Below, piece after piece: positions 36,507 to 47,870 of a stretch of DNA of 49,373 nt (position 1 is the first letter of the stretch; each line of letters starts with the position of its first letter). Source of the DNA: Octopus bimaculoides. Its lineage: Eukaryota. The translations under genes were made by a program, and so were the position numbers. The notes under the pieces were generated by a model. That model was not told the DNA's origin, searched no databases, and saw only the letters and a program-made list of their open reading frames with translations. The stretch is from assembly GCF_001194135.2 (NCBI RefSeq), contig NC_068986.1, positions 109,482,575 through 109,531,947 of the forward strand, written 5' to 3'.

Positions 36507-38500
36507 TCTTTTGGATTAAATGCCATATTGGGTACCAATCCCAAAATTTCTTAGTTCTCAAGCATGCATACATACACACACACACACACACACTGTACTG
36601 AAACAACATCTGGAGCAGAAGAAAGCTACCAAAAGCTATTTTGCCCATGAAATCAACAACATAATTAGGATAATTAATGAACTGGAGGAGAGAGATGAAA
36701 TAAGAATTGATAGAGATTTCTCCCCAAGGAGCATTGGTAAAATCTTTTATCAGAACAACAGGAGAAAAAAATTGAACCAGTTCACTGAGAAGATAGTAGA
36801 TGAGTACTTGGCATGTAGAACGAAAACCATAGAAGGGATCAATAATGCCAACAGCTGGATGTGGAGTATCCCCACCAAATACCTAGAATGACTGCACTCA
36901 CGGAAAACAACAACATCTCTGTGACTATGGTGTCCAGGGCGGTCAAGGAGGAGGGCGGCAAGAGCTGAAGGTGCATGGAAAAGCCTCTGTTCACTGACCG
37001 TATGCGAAAACAACGTTGAGTGCGCTTTTGTCGCCTTCTTAATGATTTGAAGTGTCATGGCAACTGAATTCTCATTTTTTTTCTGATGAAAAAACCTTTG
37101 CGGTTAATCCAGTCATCAACAAGCAGAACAACCACATGGTCAGTTTCGGCCAAGACATCTCTGAGGTCTGCTATGTATCCATGACCAAGTACCCGGCTTC
37201 TGTGATGATGCTTGGCGTCATGGCTTCGAATGGTGAGAAGATGCCTCTGCTGTGGTTCGCAGCTGGTTACAGGCTCACTGAGGCCAACTACAGGGACATC
37301 TTGGACACAAAAGTATGCCATGGGGGAGAAAGATCATGGAGAAGGCGGAGTACGTCTTTCAGCAGGTTGGTGTCCCAGCCCACATGGTCAATGCCATGCA
37401 AGAGTGGTTATGGTCAAACATAACCACTCTGGTCAAAGGACTTTTGACTGCTGCAGTTGCCCGACCTCAACCCCTCTATTACAGCATGTGGGCACATGTC
37501 GAGGTCCGCCACAGCAACGTCGTTGAGCTGAATTTCACCATCAACCACGTGTGGGCCAACACAAGGAAGGACTTCGTCCATAATGTGTGCACAGCTTTCA
37601 GGTTTCGCTTGGAGCGCGTGCTTGCCGCCGAGGGTGGCCACATTGACTGATACTAATATTTAAACACATATTTCTATGTTAAAACAATACAAATGTGTCT
37701 AACTGCATCAAAACTGTCATTGTGTCCTTTCTTGAGAGCATCGTAACAAGTGTAACGAAACTTTTGCAAATCCCAGTATACGTACAAAGTTCGAAAGATC
37801 GCCAAACAAAGAACATTTTGAACCTGAAAATGTGGACACTAGTGTGTGGATGTATTTAGCTAATCATTCTCCAAGAAAAAGAAAAAAATGTTCTTTCTTC
37901 GGATGGGTGTTTCGAGGATCGTAACTAATGATTCTGTGAAGGCGTGTGACTTAGCGGTTAGAGTATTTGGCTCGCGATTGTAAGGTCCTGAGTTCGATTC
38001 CTGGTGATGCGTTGTGTCCTTGAGCAAGAAAACTTCTTTCACATTGTTCCAATCTACTAAGCTAACAAAACTGAGGTGTACTTGTAATTCAGTGGGCCAG
38101 CCTTGTCGTATTCTGTATCATTCTGAATCTCCCGGAGAACTATGTTGAGAGTACACGTATCTGTGGAGGGCTCAGCCACTTGCATGTGAGCTGGCTGTTT
38201 CCGTCGATCGGATCAACTGGAACACTCATCGTCGTAACCGACGGAGTACCAGTTATAGTTTATGATTCTCTACAAAAAAATAAAAAAAGAAAGAAAAAAT
38301 ACAGGTTCGAAGCTGTGCCCCAGCATGACCACAGTCTTTTAGATTAAATGCCCCATTGGGTACCAATCCCCAAATTTCTAAGTTCTCATGCATGCATACA
38401 CACACACACACACACACTGTACTGATGTCATGTGAAGCTGAGATTGTGTCACTGAAACAACATCTGGAGCAGAGGAAAGCTACCAGAAGCTATTTTGTCC
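36507..38500 (+). repeat. Diverged ~150-bp direct duplication (36507-36648 and 38335-38500)
   Basis: Shared GATTAAATGCC...GGGTACCAATCCC...(CA)n CTGTACTGA...AAACAACATCTGGAGCAGA...AGCTATTTTG. Confidence 0.8.
36780..37746 (+). mobile_element. Tc1/mariner-superfamily transposase pseudogene, probably maT/DD37D-like
   Basis: FFSDEKTF, TKYPASVMMLG, YVFQQVGVPAH (QQDGAPAH-like), PDLNP.YYSMW, RLERVLAAEGGHI across frameshifts; second and third catalytic D positions appear mutated. Subfamily assignment is inference. Confidence 0.85.
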
Positions 38501-39541
38501 AAGTCTGTGACCACTGAAATGAGTCGATAAATAAGGTCAAGAAAGACTTAAGAGTTTGTCTAATATTTTAGACAGAATCCTTATTGAGGGGAAAAGTTGA
38601 CAGGAGTGAAATTGAAGAAGAGCAGCAAAGATTTACATCCCTATTTGAAACACTAGATTTTCCCCTTCTCACGGCAATTTCCAGGCTCACTTTCCGTTGA
38701 TTTTCTAAATAATACAAGCTTCGCAGATCACTTTGAACTCTCCCCAACAACTTTTAGTATGTTTTCTGAAAAATTATTCGTATTTCTGTTTCGCATATTT
38801 TCGAAGAATTCCATTTTTAGATGATTAAAACATAAATTTGTAAAAATATTTTTTTTTTTTTTTACAAAATGTAAAAACTGGAAAAATAACTAGAGATCCT
38901 CGCTTACCCCCCACCCCCATCAACAGCAACAAAAATTACGTNNNNNNNNNNGGGGGGGGGCTTGTTTCGTAATAGATAATGCTAGAAACACATATCCGAA
39001 GGCAAAACGGTTTTTAGAGCCCTGGAAAATTTCCGACGTTATTCTACAGGAATACCAAAACCGTTAAACGGCTGTAAAAGAAAAATACAAACTGAAGTGG
39101 GAACGAACATGTAGTCGAGTCTCGAGAGAAGGCACGTACAGTGGTAGGGGACAAGGGGACGAGATAAATTCGGACATGAAAGAATACGAATGAGCTTTAT
39201 TTTGTGTGAACTTATCAAATATCAGAGGACGGAGCATAACCTCGCCTCTTCGTCCGACAATGTGATTAAAGGGAAATAACTACGGGGATACAAATAACAA
39301 AAACACTTGAAAGTGTAAGACATTAATTTGTTTTATCTTTCACTTATTTCAGGCTTTGGACTGCAGCGATGCTGGGGCACCACCTTCAAGAGCTTAGTCG
39401 AACAGATCGACCCTAGTACTAATTTTAAGGTTTGGTACTTATTATATCGTATCTTTTGCCGAACCGCTTGGTTACGGGAACGTAAACAAAACAACACGGG
39501 TTGTCAAGCAACGGGGAACAAACACAGACGCGCGCGTGCGT

Positions 39542-39578
<37 letters not shown>

Positions 39579-39879
39579 GCGAGCTTCCACATAGTTACCG
39601 TTTACCTAATACACTCACAAGATATTGGAAGATTTAGAGAAAGAAAAACGTATCAATACTCGACTTGGACTAGATTGTCGCTACAAAAACCCCGAACGAA
39701 TAATATCACATTTTATCGGTGAACGTAAAGAATACGTACACCCGGTGTTTAGGGTCATTTTATCTTTATTTTCTTACCCGTAAGATGTGTTTTATTGCTT
39801 GACAGAGTGTTCACTGTTTTACAAAATCAAACTACGTTTGCATTCGTATATGTATGCGTATGTATGTGTGTATTCCCAA

Positions 39880-40145
39880 CATTTCCTTTATCGCATTCGT
39901 AGAGATAACCTCCTCCGCATCACCTATTTCCTACAAAACCTCCGTTGTCAGTTCCTCGGAGTGCTCTCCAACGAGCTCGTTGATGTCACCTTCATCCATG
40001 TCCAGGCCCGTGGACTTGCCGAGGGATACAATCTCCTCTTCCATTGCAACTTCGGGTTCGAGTCTTTCAAAGTCCATTTCAGACACAATCTCAGCCCACA
40101 GCTTCTTCAACGCAGAGGTCAAGGTCCTCTTTGTAAAATTTCTTA
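39880..40145 (-). mobile_element. Tigger/pogo transposase C-terminal fragment
   Basis: ALKKLWAEIVSEMDFE...EEIVSLGKSTGLDMDEGDINELVGEHSEELTTE matches the acidic Tigger C-terminus. Confidence 0.75.
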
Positions 40146-40389
40146 TTTCTTTATTGCCCACAAGGGGCTAAACATAGAGGAGACAAACAAGGATAGACAA
40201 AGGGATTAAGTCGATTACATCGACCCCAGTGCGCAACTGATACTTAATTTATCGACCCTAAAAGGATGAAAGGCAAAGTCGACCTCGGCGGAATTTGAAC
40301 TCAGAATGTAAAGACAGACTAAGCATTTTGCCCCGCGTGCTAACGTTTCTGCCAGCTCGCCGCCTCTTTGTAACATTCTGTCAGGCCAT

Positions 40390-41420
40390 ATCGATAATTC
40401 TGAGACACATCACGATTTTGTAGTGGTCCTTCCAGAATTCACGAAGGATGAAGCTTGTGCTCTCCGTCACCTCAAAGCAGCGGCGGAACAGATGCTTGGT
40501 GAAGAGCTTCTTGAAGTTAGAAATCACCAGCAGGTCCATGGGCTTCAGGATAGGGGTGGTGTTGGGTGGAAGGTAGAGAACCTTTATAAACTTGAATCCT
40601 TCGAGGATGTCATCTTCGAGGTTAGGTGGTTGAGCAGGTGCATTGTCCAGGACGAGAAGGGCTTGCAGGGGTAGGTTTTTCCCTGGAGATATTTCTCAAC
40701 ATCAGTACCAAAGACCAAATTCATCCACTCCACAAAGAACTGCCTGGTGACCCGTGCAAAGTGGGAGGAGGGGGTATAAAATGCTTGGTCAATGTCAAAC
40801 TCTCCCCAAAGTCCAGCGACCAGCTGCTTTGCCCAAACGGTTTGGTGGTCTGGGTCTGCGCGAGTTTTCGTCTCTATCTCTTCTCTGTTTTCTTTCCTCC
40901 ATCCATGCTTGCTCCTCTTTGGCAGGCAACATCCTCTCCTCTCCAACAGAGAGCTAGATGAAGCTCTGTGAAGAAAGCTGGGTTTGTCAGTTCCTGTTAG
41001 TTGAGCATAGACGGAAGCTGAGAGTATGGGATAATCAGAGTTTAGGTGCCACTTGTCATCGTTGGCTGCTCGCCTTACCGAGATCCCCTCGATTCCACAC
41101 GTCTTCACGGTCTGTCTTGTCGCCTAAATGCTGGTCATTTCACTTGTCATATCGAGCTAAACTTAATCATTAAGCGGGCCTTGGCTCGGATTAATATCAT
41201 CTCAGTTCTGGAGCCGGTGGGATTATCCAGAAGCGATGGAAAGAGACCAAGTGGTCTTAGCCTCTGATCCTGCGCTAGAGGTAGGTGTCTCGTTTGGGAT
41301 GCCACAGTCTGTAACTCTTTTGATCCCTCCCTCATCCCGGGTGTTGCGGTAAATGGGGGCATTGCTGCTTCCATAGCCGAACGGAACAAAACCTTGAAGT
41401 ATTGGGACCTGGCAGTAAAC
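40390..41420 (+). mobile_element. Restriction-like-endonuclease non-LTR retrotransposon 3' fragment (CRE/R2-group-like), decayed
   Basis: ALPKRFGGLGLR thumb motif, HGLSCRLNAGHFTCHIELNLIIKRAL knuckle region, EPVGLSRSDGKRPSG...LVWDATV...AASIAERNKTLKY (PD-D..K type nuclease with PD mutated). Confidence 0.8.
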
Positions 41421-41880
41421 TATCCCTTCCAGCCTGTGGTGTTTGTGATGTTTACTTTTCATATTTAATAATCTTTTCCGTTTTGTATGATTTGTCATAA
41501 AAAATATCAGATTCAATAAGATATTCCATCTTTTCACTTTAGTTTCTTTGTTTTATTGAGGATTAAACAATTTTTGTAGTTGAGGGAGATAACCCAATTT
41601 TTTTAATGGGGGTGAGATAACCATAAGTACCCTCTTTTCTTTTTCTTTTATAAAAACTTGTATTATAGAAAAACAAATATCAGTAATTATAAGTTTCATA
41701 CATAATGACATTGTTACGGAAAATGAGATTAGTGAATGTAGAATACAATTAAGTATAACCTAACTAATGAAATATTTCGCGTAATATAAAAGAAATGAGT
41801 TAAAATTTGTTTCGCGTAATATAAAAAGAAATGAGTTAAAAATCGTGCTTATGTGCTCGCTCCCCCACTAACTTTAGAAC

Positions 41881-42018
41881 CTGGTAACTCCTTTGTGCGC
41901 GGCCCCAGCCCAGTTTTGGGGTTGAAGATCAGGGTTTCGAAGTAACCAATAAGCAAATTGGTGTAGTTGTAACTCATTCTGATAACCACTGCCACTCCAT
42001 TAACGAACAGGCTAAGAA
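41881..42018 (-). CDS. Candidate 138-nt phase 1-1 exon of an unidentified gene
   Basis: Acceptor ttttctgttttccccacag|, possible donor CCAG|gttcta; open frame LSLFVNGVAVVIRMSYNYTNLLIGYFETLIFNPKTGLGPRTKELP; no family recognised. Confidence 0.35.
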
Positions 42019-42706
42019 CTGTGGGGAAAACAGAAAACATTTGAGAAGAGGGTTCGAGTATGGGACAACGATCCCCCCCCCCAAAAAAAAAAAATTAAGT
42101 GCCTCTCCTCACCATTTTTCCTTTTGTTTCTTGCTCTCGCTCTCCCTTTTCCCTTTTCATCGTATTCCTTTTCTTTTCATTTCCTTTNNNNNNNNNNNNN
42201 NNNNNNNNNNNNNNNNNNNNNNNNNNNNNNNNNNNNNNNNNNNNNNNNNNNNNNNNNNNNNNNNNNNNNNNNNNNNNNNNNNNNNNNNNNNNNNNNNNNN
42301 NNNNNNNNNNNNNNNNNNNNNNNNNNNNNNNNNNNNNNNNNNNNNNNNNNNNNNNNNNNNNNNNNNNNNNNNNNNNNNNNNNNNNNNNNNNNNNNNNNNN
42401 NNNNNNNNNNNNNNNNNNNNNNNNNNNNNNNNNNNNNNNNNNNNNNNNNNNNNNNNNNNNNNNNNNNNNNNNNNNNNNNNNNNNNNNNNNNNNNNNNNNN
42501 NNNNNNNNNNNNNNNNNNNNNNNNNNNNNNNNNNNCCGCTTGGGAAATGTTTTTTTAAAAAATTTTATCAAATTTTATCACTTTCTTAAAAGAATAAGAG
42601 TAACTAATATGAGTTGTAATATTTGTCACCTGAAACAAAAAATAGTATTCTACCTCAGTGTTTTATTTCAATTTTTTGGCAAGTAAAAAGAAAAAAAAAA
42701 GTAGTT

Positions 42707-42778
42707 TTCCCAAGCGGGGAATCGAACCCCGGCCGCCGCGGTGAGAGCGCGGAATCCTAACCACTAGACCACTTGGGA
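42707..42778 (-). tRNA. tRNA-Glu-CTC: tRNA-Glu(CTC), 72 nt, apparently intact
   Basis: Reverse complement TCCCAAGTGGTCTAGTGGTTAGGATTCCGCGCTCTCACCGCGGCGGCCGGGGTTCGATTCCCCGCTTGGGAA: acceptor stem TCCCAAG/CTTGGGA, anticodon stem CCGCG/CGCGG with loop CTCTCAC, T stem CGGGG/CCCCG, A and B boxes, and a T-run Pol III terminator a few nt downstream. Confidence 0.96.
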
Positions 42779-43705
42779 TCTACAAAACACACGCTCAAAA
42801 TAAAGGTCATATTTTTGTTTTATCAAAATGTTATGGCGACTGAGACACACTTAAAATAATTTTTCTGTATTAATTACATAATCTTCCTGTAGAAGAAGAA
42901 AGTACGATTTGAATCTTAATCTAAGACAGCCTGTTTGTACTGCATTAACTGCATAAATTTAATGGGACTATATCGCATGATAACGTAATATAATTGTCGT
43001 GACAACAGGATAGTGTTAATAATTACGATGATACGACAGAAATGTGAACATTGACTTTTAAATTATTCGTATTGCATTGAATGGGGTTCGTTATCAAAAT
43101 AATTATGGTATATAATAACAGAATACTCAAATACTTTATAAAGATTATGTTACATCGGACCCTCCATACTTCCCGTTGCGTTTGCACTCAGAAAATTGCT
43201 TTTAATTGAATGTGAAGAAAGTATTTAATCTTTCTGTCTTTATTTCATGTAAAGTTTTACCAATCTCCTATGATCGACTTCATATGAAATGAGTTTGTAG
43301 GTTTGTATTTATTCTTTTATTCTAGAACTGATTTTACCCTGCGGCACCGCATTATTCATCACCGGGATGAATATTTCACTTGAAAGTGAAATATTCTGAC
43401 ATTAAGTACCTGAATTGGCTTTTCTTCATTAGCTGTTAATCACCAACTCTCTCCTATATTAATCTGTGATACACATTCGCTCTTAATTTCCTCCTATAAT
43501 TTTGTATATTTGTGCTAATGTATGAAATATTTTTGACCCAAGTTCATTAAAATTTTTGGCCGATAATTAAGAACTCGTACCGAAAGATCGCCAAATTTTT
43601 ATCTTGCTAGTTTTATCCACAGCACTTGTTTTTCATTATTCAATCTTTTCCTGTCGAACTGCTAGGTTAGAGACCGTCCTGACGGAACTTATCTTAAAAA
43701 CTTAC

Positions 43706-43715
43706 AAATATGCAT
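43706..43715 (-). CDS. Candidate 10-nt microexon ATGCATATTT
   Basis: Reverse complement atttttatttttcag|ATGCATATTT|gtaagt: strong acceptor and perfect donor 10 nt apart. Confidence 0.35.
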
Positions 43716-44305
43716 CTGAAAAATAAAAATAAGCGATGGCATTGTTTAATTAGCTTAATTAAACGTATATAATAGTTTGAGTAAATTCGAAAAACAATTT
43801 CTAACTCTCAGCAAATGTGTAACTAAGTAAACAAGTTAATTAAACATTGTTTATAAGAAGACGGTTCTACGTTAAAAAAGTCCCTTTTATATTAAAGTCC
43901 CCGGTATTTCTGTTCACACCGTTATGAAAGAGATTACGTTATAAAACCAACGTGAGAGGTCATTCGAATTAGGAGAAATAACAACCAAATATCTATCAAA
44001 TATCTGCTGACTCGAAAAGGAGGAGAAGGATACATTATATAACGAATCCTAACCCTATATACGCAGTGACCGTGGTCGTTGTGTAAGTGTTGACCCAAGG
44101 TGAAACAAGAAGACAAGTGCCGATATCTATAATTTCGCCGAAGAATTTACTGATTTTTCCTTTTGCCATTAGCGAACATTTATCAGTTTATTCTTCACGT
44201 GAGTAGCAAACGTGTCTCAAAACTTTAAACGCTTATTATTATTACTATCATTACGTGTATGTTTTTCTATATGTATGTATGTGTGTGTGTATGTACGTAT
44301 GTATG

Positions 44306-44362
<57 letters not shown>

Positions 44363-45386
44363 ACGAAGAGGGAGACTAAAACGCTATACTGTTGACTTTA
44401 GAAGTGGGGCTGGATGGCCGAGTTCGAAACTGGTTTTCCTTCAACGCACCACCTGAGTTCGTGTCCTCGTAAGCATGAGTGAATAGTTAAGAGATTTGCA
44501 TTCCAACTGTGAGATCCTGGATTCGATCTCACTGTGTGGTATGTTGAGCGAGTGCCTTTACCGTCGGATGGATTGTACTTGTAATTCAGAGATGTACTCT
44601 TGTTCCACTGTGTAACGTTGATTCAGAGAATTACAAGAAACATATGTGTCTGGGGAATATTCAACCACTTCTTACGTCAATGCATTGTGTTAGTCATCTG
44701 TTTGATTGAATAACTGAACGAAGTCGATGGGAGAGCCCATCTCTCTCTCTCTCTCTTTCTCTCTCTCTCACACACACATACATAATCATCGTTTAACGTC
44801 CGTTTTCTATGCTGGCATGGGTTGTACGGTTGACAGGAGCTGGCCTGTCGGGGAGCTTTCCAGACTATAATCATCTGTTTTGACATAGTTTCGACGGCTA
44901 GTGTGTGCTGGTTACCTTTTACGTGCCACCAGCACGGGTGCGTTTACACAGCACCAGCACGAGTGCACGTTACGTGACACCGACACCTGTAAAGGACAAG
45001 CTTGTGTCTCTGGATGGCAGCGATTTTAATTAACTTGACGCGTCTTCTCAAGTATAACATATTGCAACAACTCCCGGTCCCTCGTCGTTTCCTTAGCGCG
45101 GCCCAGCATCGGAAAATTCTTTCATTCATTCATACATGCGTATGTACGTGGGTGAGAAGATGCTAGTGCAAGCATAGAACAGATAAGCACTAATCGAACT
45201 CTTAAACTCCCAACTTCTTAACCAGGGTAAAGTAGTCCAACAATACAAGAGCTTGTAATGAGGAAAGATTGACAAATAATTGTAGATGGAAAGAATTCAT
45301 TTGTGTGTGTGTGTGTGTGTGTGTGCATGCATGTATGTATGTCTCTCTCTCTCCCTCTGTCTTTCTATCTCCCCACCTACCTACCC

Positions 45387-45422
<36 letters not shown>

Positions 45423-45480
45423 GTCTATTTGTCTGTCTGTCTATCTATCTATCTATCTATCTATCTGTCTATCTGTCTGT

Positions 45481-45711
45481 CTGGGAAGGAAGAGCTATTT
45501 TCATCGTACTTGTGGCTATGGCGAAAGAATGTGTATGGTGGACGCGTCTGAAAGGTCTAGAGACAAAGACTTTCCTCTCTGGGCAATCTCTCATCAACTT
45601 TTTCAAGTACCACCTGAAGAGGAAGGTGAGAGTAGAAAGGGAAGTCTTGTCTAGTGAGTGCTTCAAAAAAAGATGGGTGAATGTAGCAAGGATGGCACGT
45701 GTGAACGACGG
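45481..45711 (+). mobile_element. L1/Tx1-like LINE ORF2 C-terminal fragment
   Basis: FIVLVAMAKECVWWTRLKG...LINFFKYHLKRKVRVEREVLSSECFKKRW resembles the AK..IW..R...F...W end of L1/Tx1 ORF2; truncated by a gap. Confidence 0.55.
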
Positions 45712-46489
45712 NNNNNNNNNNNNNNNNNNNNNNNNNNNNNNNNNNNNNNNNNNNNNNNNNNNNNNNNNNNNNNNNNNNNNNNNNNNNNNNNNNNNNNNNN
45801 NNNNNNNNNNNGGCAAAAGAGAGTCACTTACTGTTATAGTTTCTTCAATGAGAATATTGACCAAAGTTACCGTGGTCTTTTCCGTAGGCTTTTCCTTCCA
45901 CGGCTAAACCTAAACTGTCCTCCCCTCTTTTTACACGAGAACATTACTGTGTGATACACGATCCCTATTGATCAGCCTTTCCTTTTTTTTTTTCCTTCTT
46001 TCCCCCTCCCAAAAAGAAAAGCTCTACATTGTATTTGTCCCATCTTCGTTGAGCCCTGTGTGGCTAATAAAAGAAATGTATCTATCTACCTATCAAGCAT
46101 ATAGATTGTGGTTTCGATTCCTGAATCAGGTGATGTATTGTGTTCTTGAGCAAAATAATTTATTTCACAACGCTCCAGTTCCCTTGACTGGCAAAGATGA
46201 GTAATCCTGCGATGGACTGGTATCCCTTCCAGGAAATAAATGTATACACCACAGAATCCAGGAAACCAGCTTTTGGATCCTACAGCTTGGGAAAGACTTG
46301 ATCCTTTTTGAAAAAGAAAGGCAGCCATCTAGCAGAATTATGAGCTCACCTGATAAAATGTATTGTAACATTTTTTGTACCCTTGCATTTGAGTTCTAAT
46401 TCCTCTTAGTTTGACTTTGCCATTCATTTTTTGGGGGTTAATAAAACAAGTTTCAGTGAAGCACTGGGGTCAGTTCGTTGGTCTTCATG

Positions 46490-47055
46490 TTGCTGAACAT
46501 TAGCAAACTTCTTCTTTTCTGCTTCTCCCTTGGCTACGTATACCTGTCACCCAACCTCCCTTCTGGCTATCTTGTACAGTTCCCTGCTACGCCCACTCTT
46601 CCAGGCTTTCCAGGCCTGTTTCTTTGCTCTGATGGCCTTGTCTACCATATTATTCCACCGCCTCGTTACTCTAGGTTTGGAAGGGACTTTGCACCAGCCA
46701 CATATTTGGTCTGTGGCACTCAGTAAGCTGTCCCGTAGGAATTTCCGGGTCTCGCTCTTGGCATCCTTCTGGCCTCAAGTCTAAAGCCACTAATAACTAG
46801 TCTATACTAGTGGGGTACATTCTTCACCAGGGAGGGTCTTTGTATTTAAGAGCAACCATGCATCCCGCTGTCTGGTGAGGATGAAATCAATCTGGCTAGC
46901 AGAGTCACCTGATTGATAGGTTTTCAGGTGGCTGTCTGGCTTCCTGAAGTTAGTGTTGCAGATTAATAGGTTGCATGCATTACAGAACTCCAGTAGCCTA
47001 GTTCCCTCTTCGTTTCGGGAACCAATTCCATGGACCCCGTGAACACCATGGAAGA
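46490..47055 (-). mobile_element. Second RTE-clade LINE endonuclease fragment, same family
   Basis: Reverse complement reads HGVHGIGSRNEEGTRLLEFCNACNLLICNTNFRKPDSH...SQIDFILTRQRDAWLLLNTKTLPGEECTP. Confidence 0.85.
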
Positions 47056-47063
47056 CATGCCTG

Positions 47064-47292
47064 GTGGTGAGCTGGCAGAATTGTTAGCATGCCAGGCAAA
47101 ATGCTTAGCAGTATTTTGTCTGCCTTTATATTCTGAGTTCAAATTCTGTCAGGGTTGACTTTACCTTTCATCCTTTCAGGGTTGATAGAATAAGCCCCAG
47201 TTAAGCACTGGGGTTGATGCAATTGACTATTCCCCTCCCCACAAAATTTCAAGCCTTGTGCCTATAGTAGAAAGGATTATTATTATTATTAT
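47064..47292 (+). mobile_element. tRNA-derived SINE family B (GGCGAGCTGGCAGAA head, (ATT)n tail)
   Basis: A/B-box-like head, central GCCTTTCATCCTTTC.GGGT.GATA domain. Other copies at about 2405-2622(-), 4565-4757(-), 4785-4988(-), 8410-8530(+), 15655-15865(+), 16615-16750(-), 19810-20050(-), 40205-40363(-). Confidence 0.85.
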
Positions 47293-47402
47293 CAATGTTA
47301 TAATTCTGTGTGTTATTATCGTAATATCAAAACCATATTTCTTTTTGAAGAATGACAAAAACAAGAAACTCTCTTTAGCATTTATTCTTTATTTCTTTGT
47401 AG

Positions 47403-47870
47403 ATTGTTGCCTGTTATTTCTGAAATGAAAGTTCACTGCCAAAAATATCTTTTGCTCTACCCACGCTGTTGTAAAAGACTTAAACAATTCTGTGATCAAC
47501 ATATCACAAACTTTCGACAGATTCACAATGCATCTGCAGGGAGAAATACCTCATCTTTCAAGTTCACCAAATACGGTTTCCCAAACTCACATTGGTTCCA
47601 TATCAAACAAAAACAACTGCAAAGCTTCCAACACAATCAGCTCCGCTGCTTCTCTGATGTCCCCTGTAAATTCAATGATCTTATTTCCCCTGCTAACAAA
47701 CAAAGAGCACAGAAAAGTATGCAATTGGTGAAACCAGTGCGTAATTTTCCATTAAAGAATGATTTTAAAAGAGCAGCAATTTTAATACCAATGTGTATGG
47801 TAGATGGGCAGCTTTCTTTACTGCTTACACTTCGGTCAATTCACTTGAAGAATCATCGCAGAGAAGTAAG
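47403..47870 (+). CDS. NUDT8: NUDT8-like Nudix hydrolase (CoA diphosphatase family) exon; gene continues rightward
   Basis: Ends in RAAILIPMCMVDGQLSLLLTLRSIHLKNHRREV+AG, matching the NUDT7/NUDT8 motif AA(V/I)L(V/I)P...LL.TLRS..L..H..EVSFPGG. Acceptor tttctttgtag| at 47402, donor AG|gtgagt at 47871 (phase 2, consistent with the next residue being S of SFPGG). In-exon ATG at 47425; basic N-terminal extension suggests the mitochondrial NUDT8 rather than NUDT7. Confidence 0.8.

Noticed and set aside
43893-43903. AAAGTCCCCGG resembling RNase MRP CR-I
   Set aside because: No matching CR-V/P4 partner strand; AT-rich context.
44048-44057. CCTAACCCTA, a telomerase-RNA-template-like 10-mer near a promoter-like region
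   Set aside because: About 0.5 such matches are expected by chance in this window (6 permutations, 2 strands); only a weak pseudoknot-like pattern follows and no CR4/5 or H/ACA domain is recognisable. An Infernal search with an invertebrate TR model would settle it.
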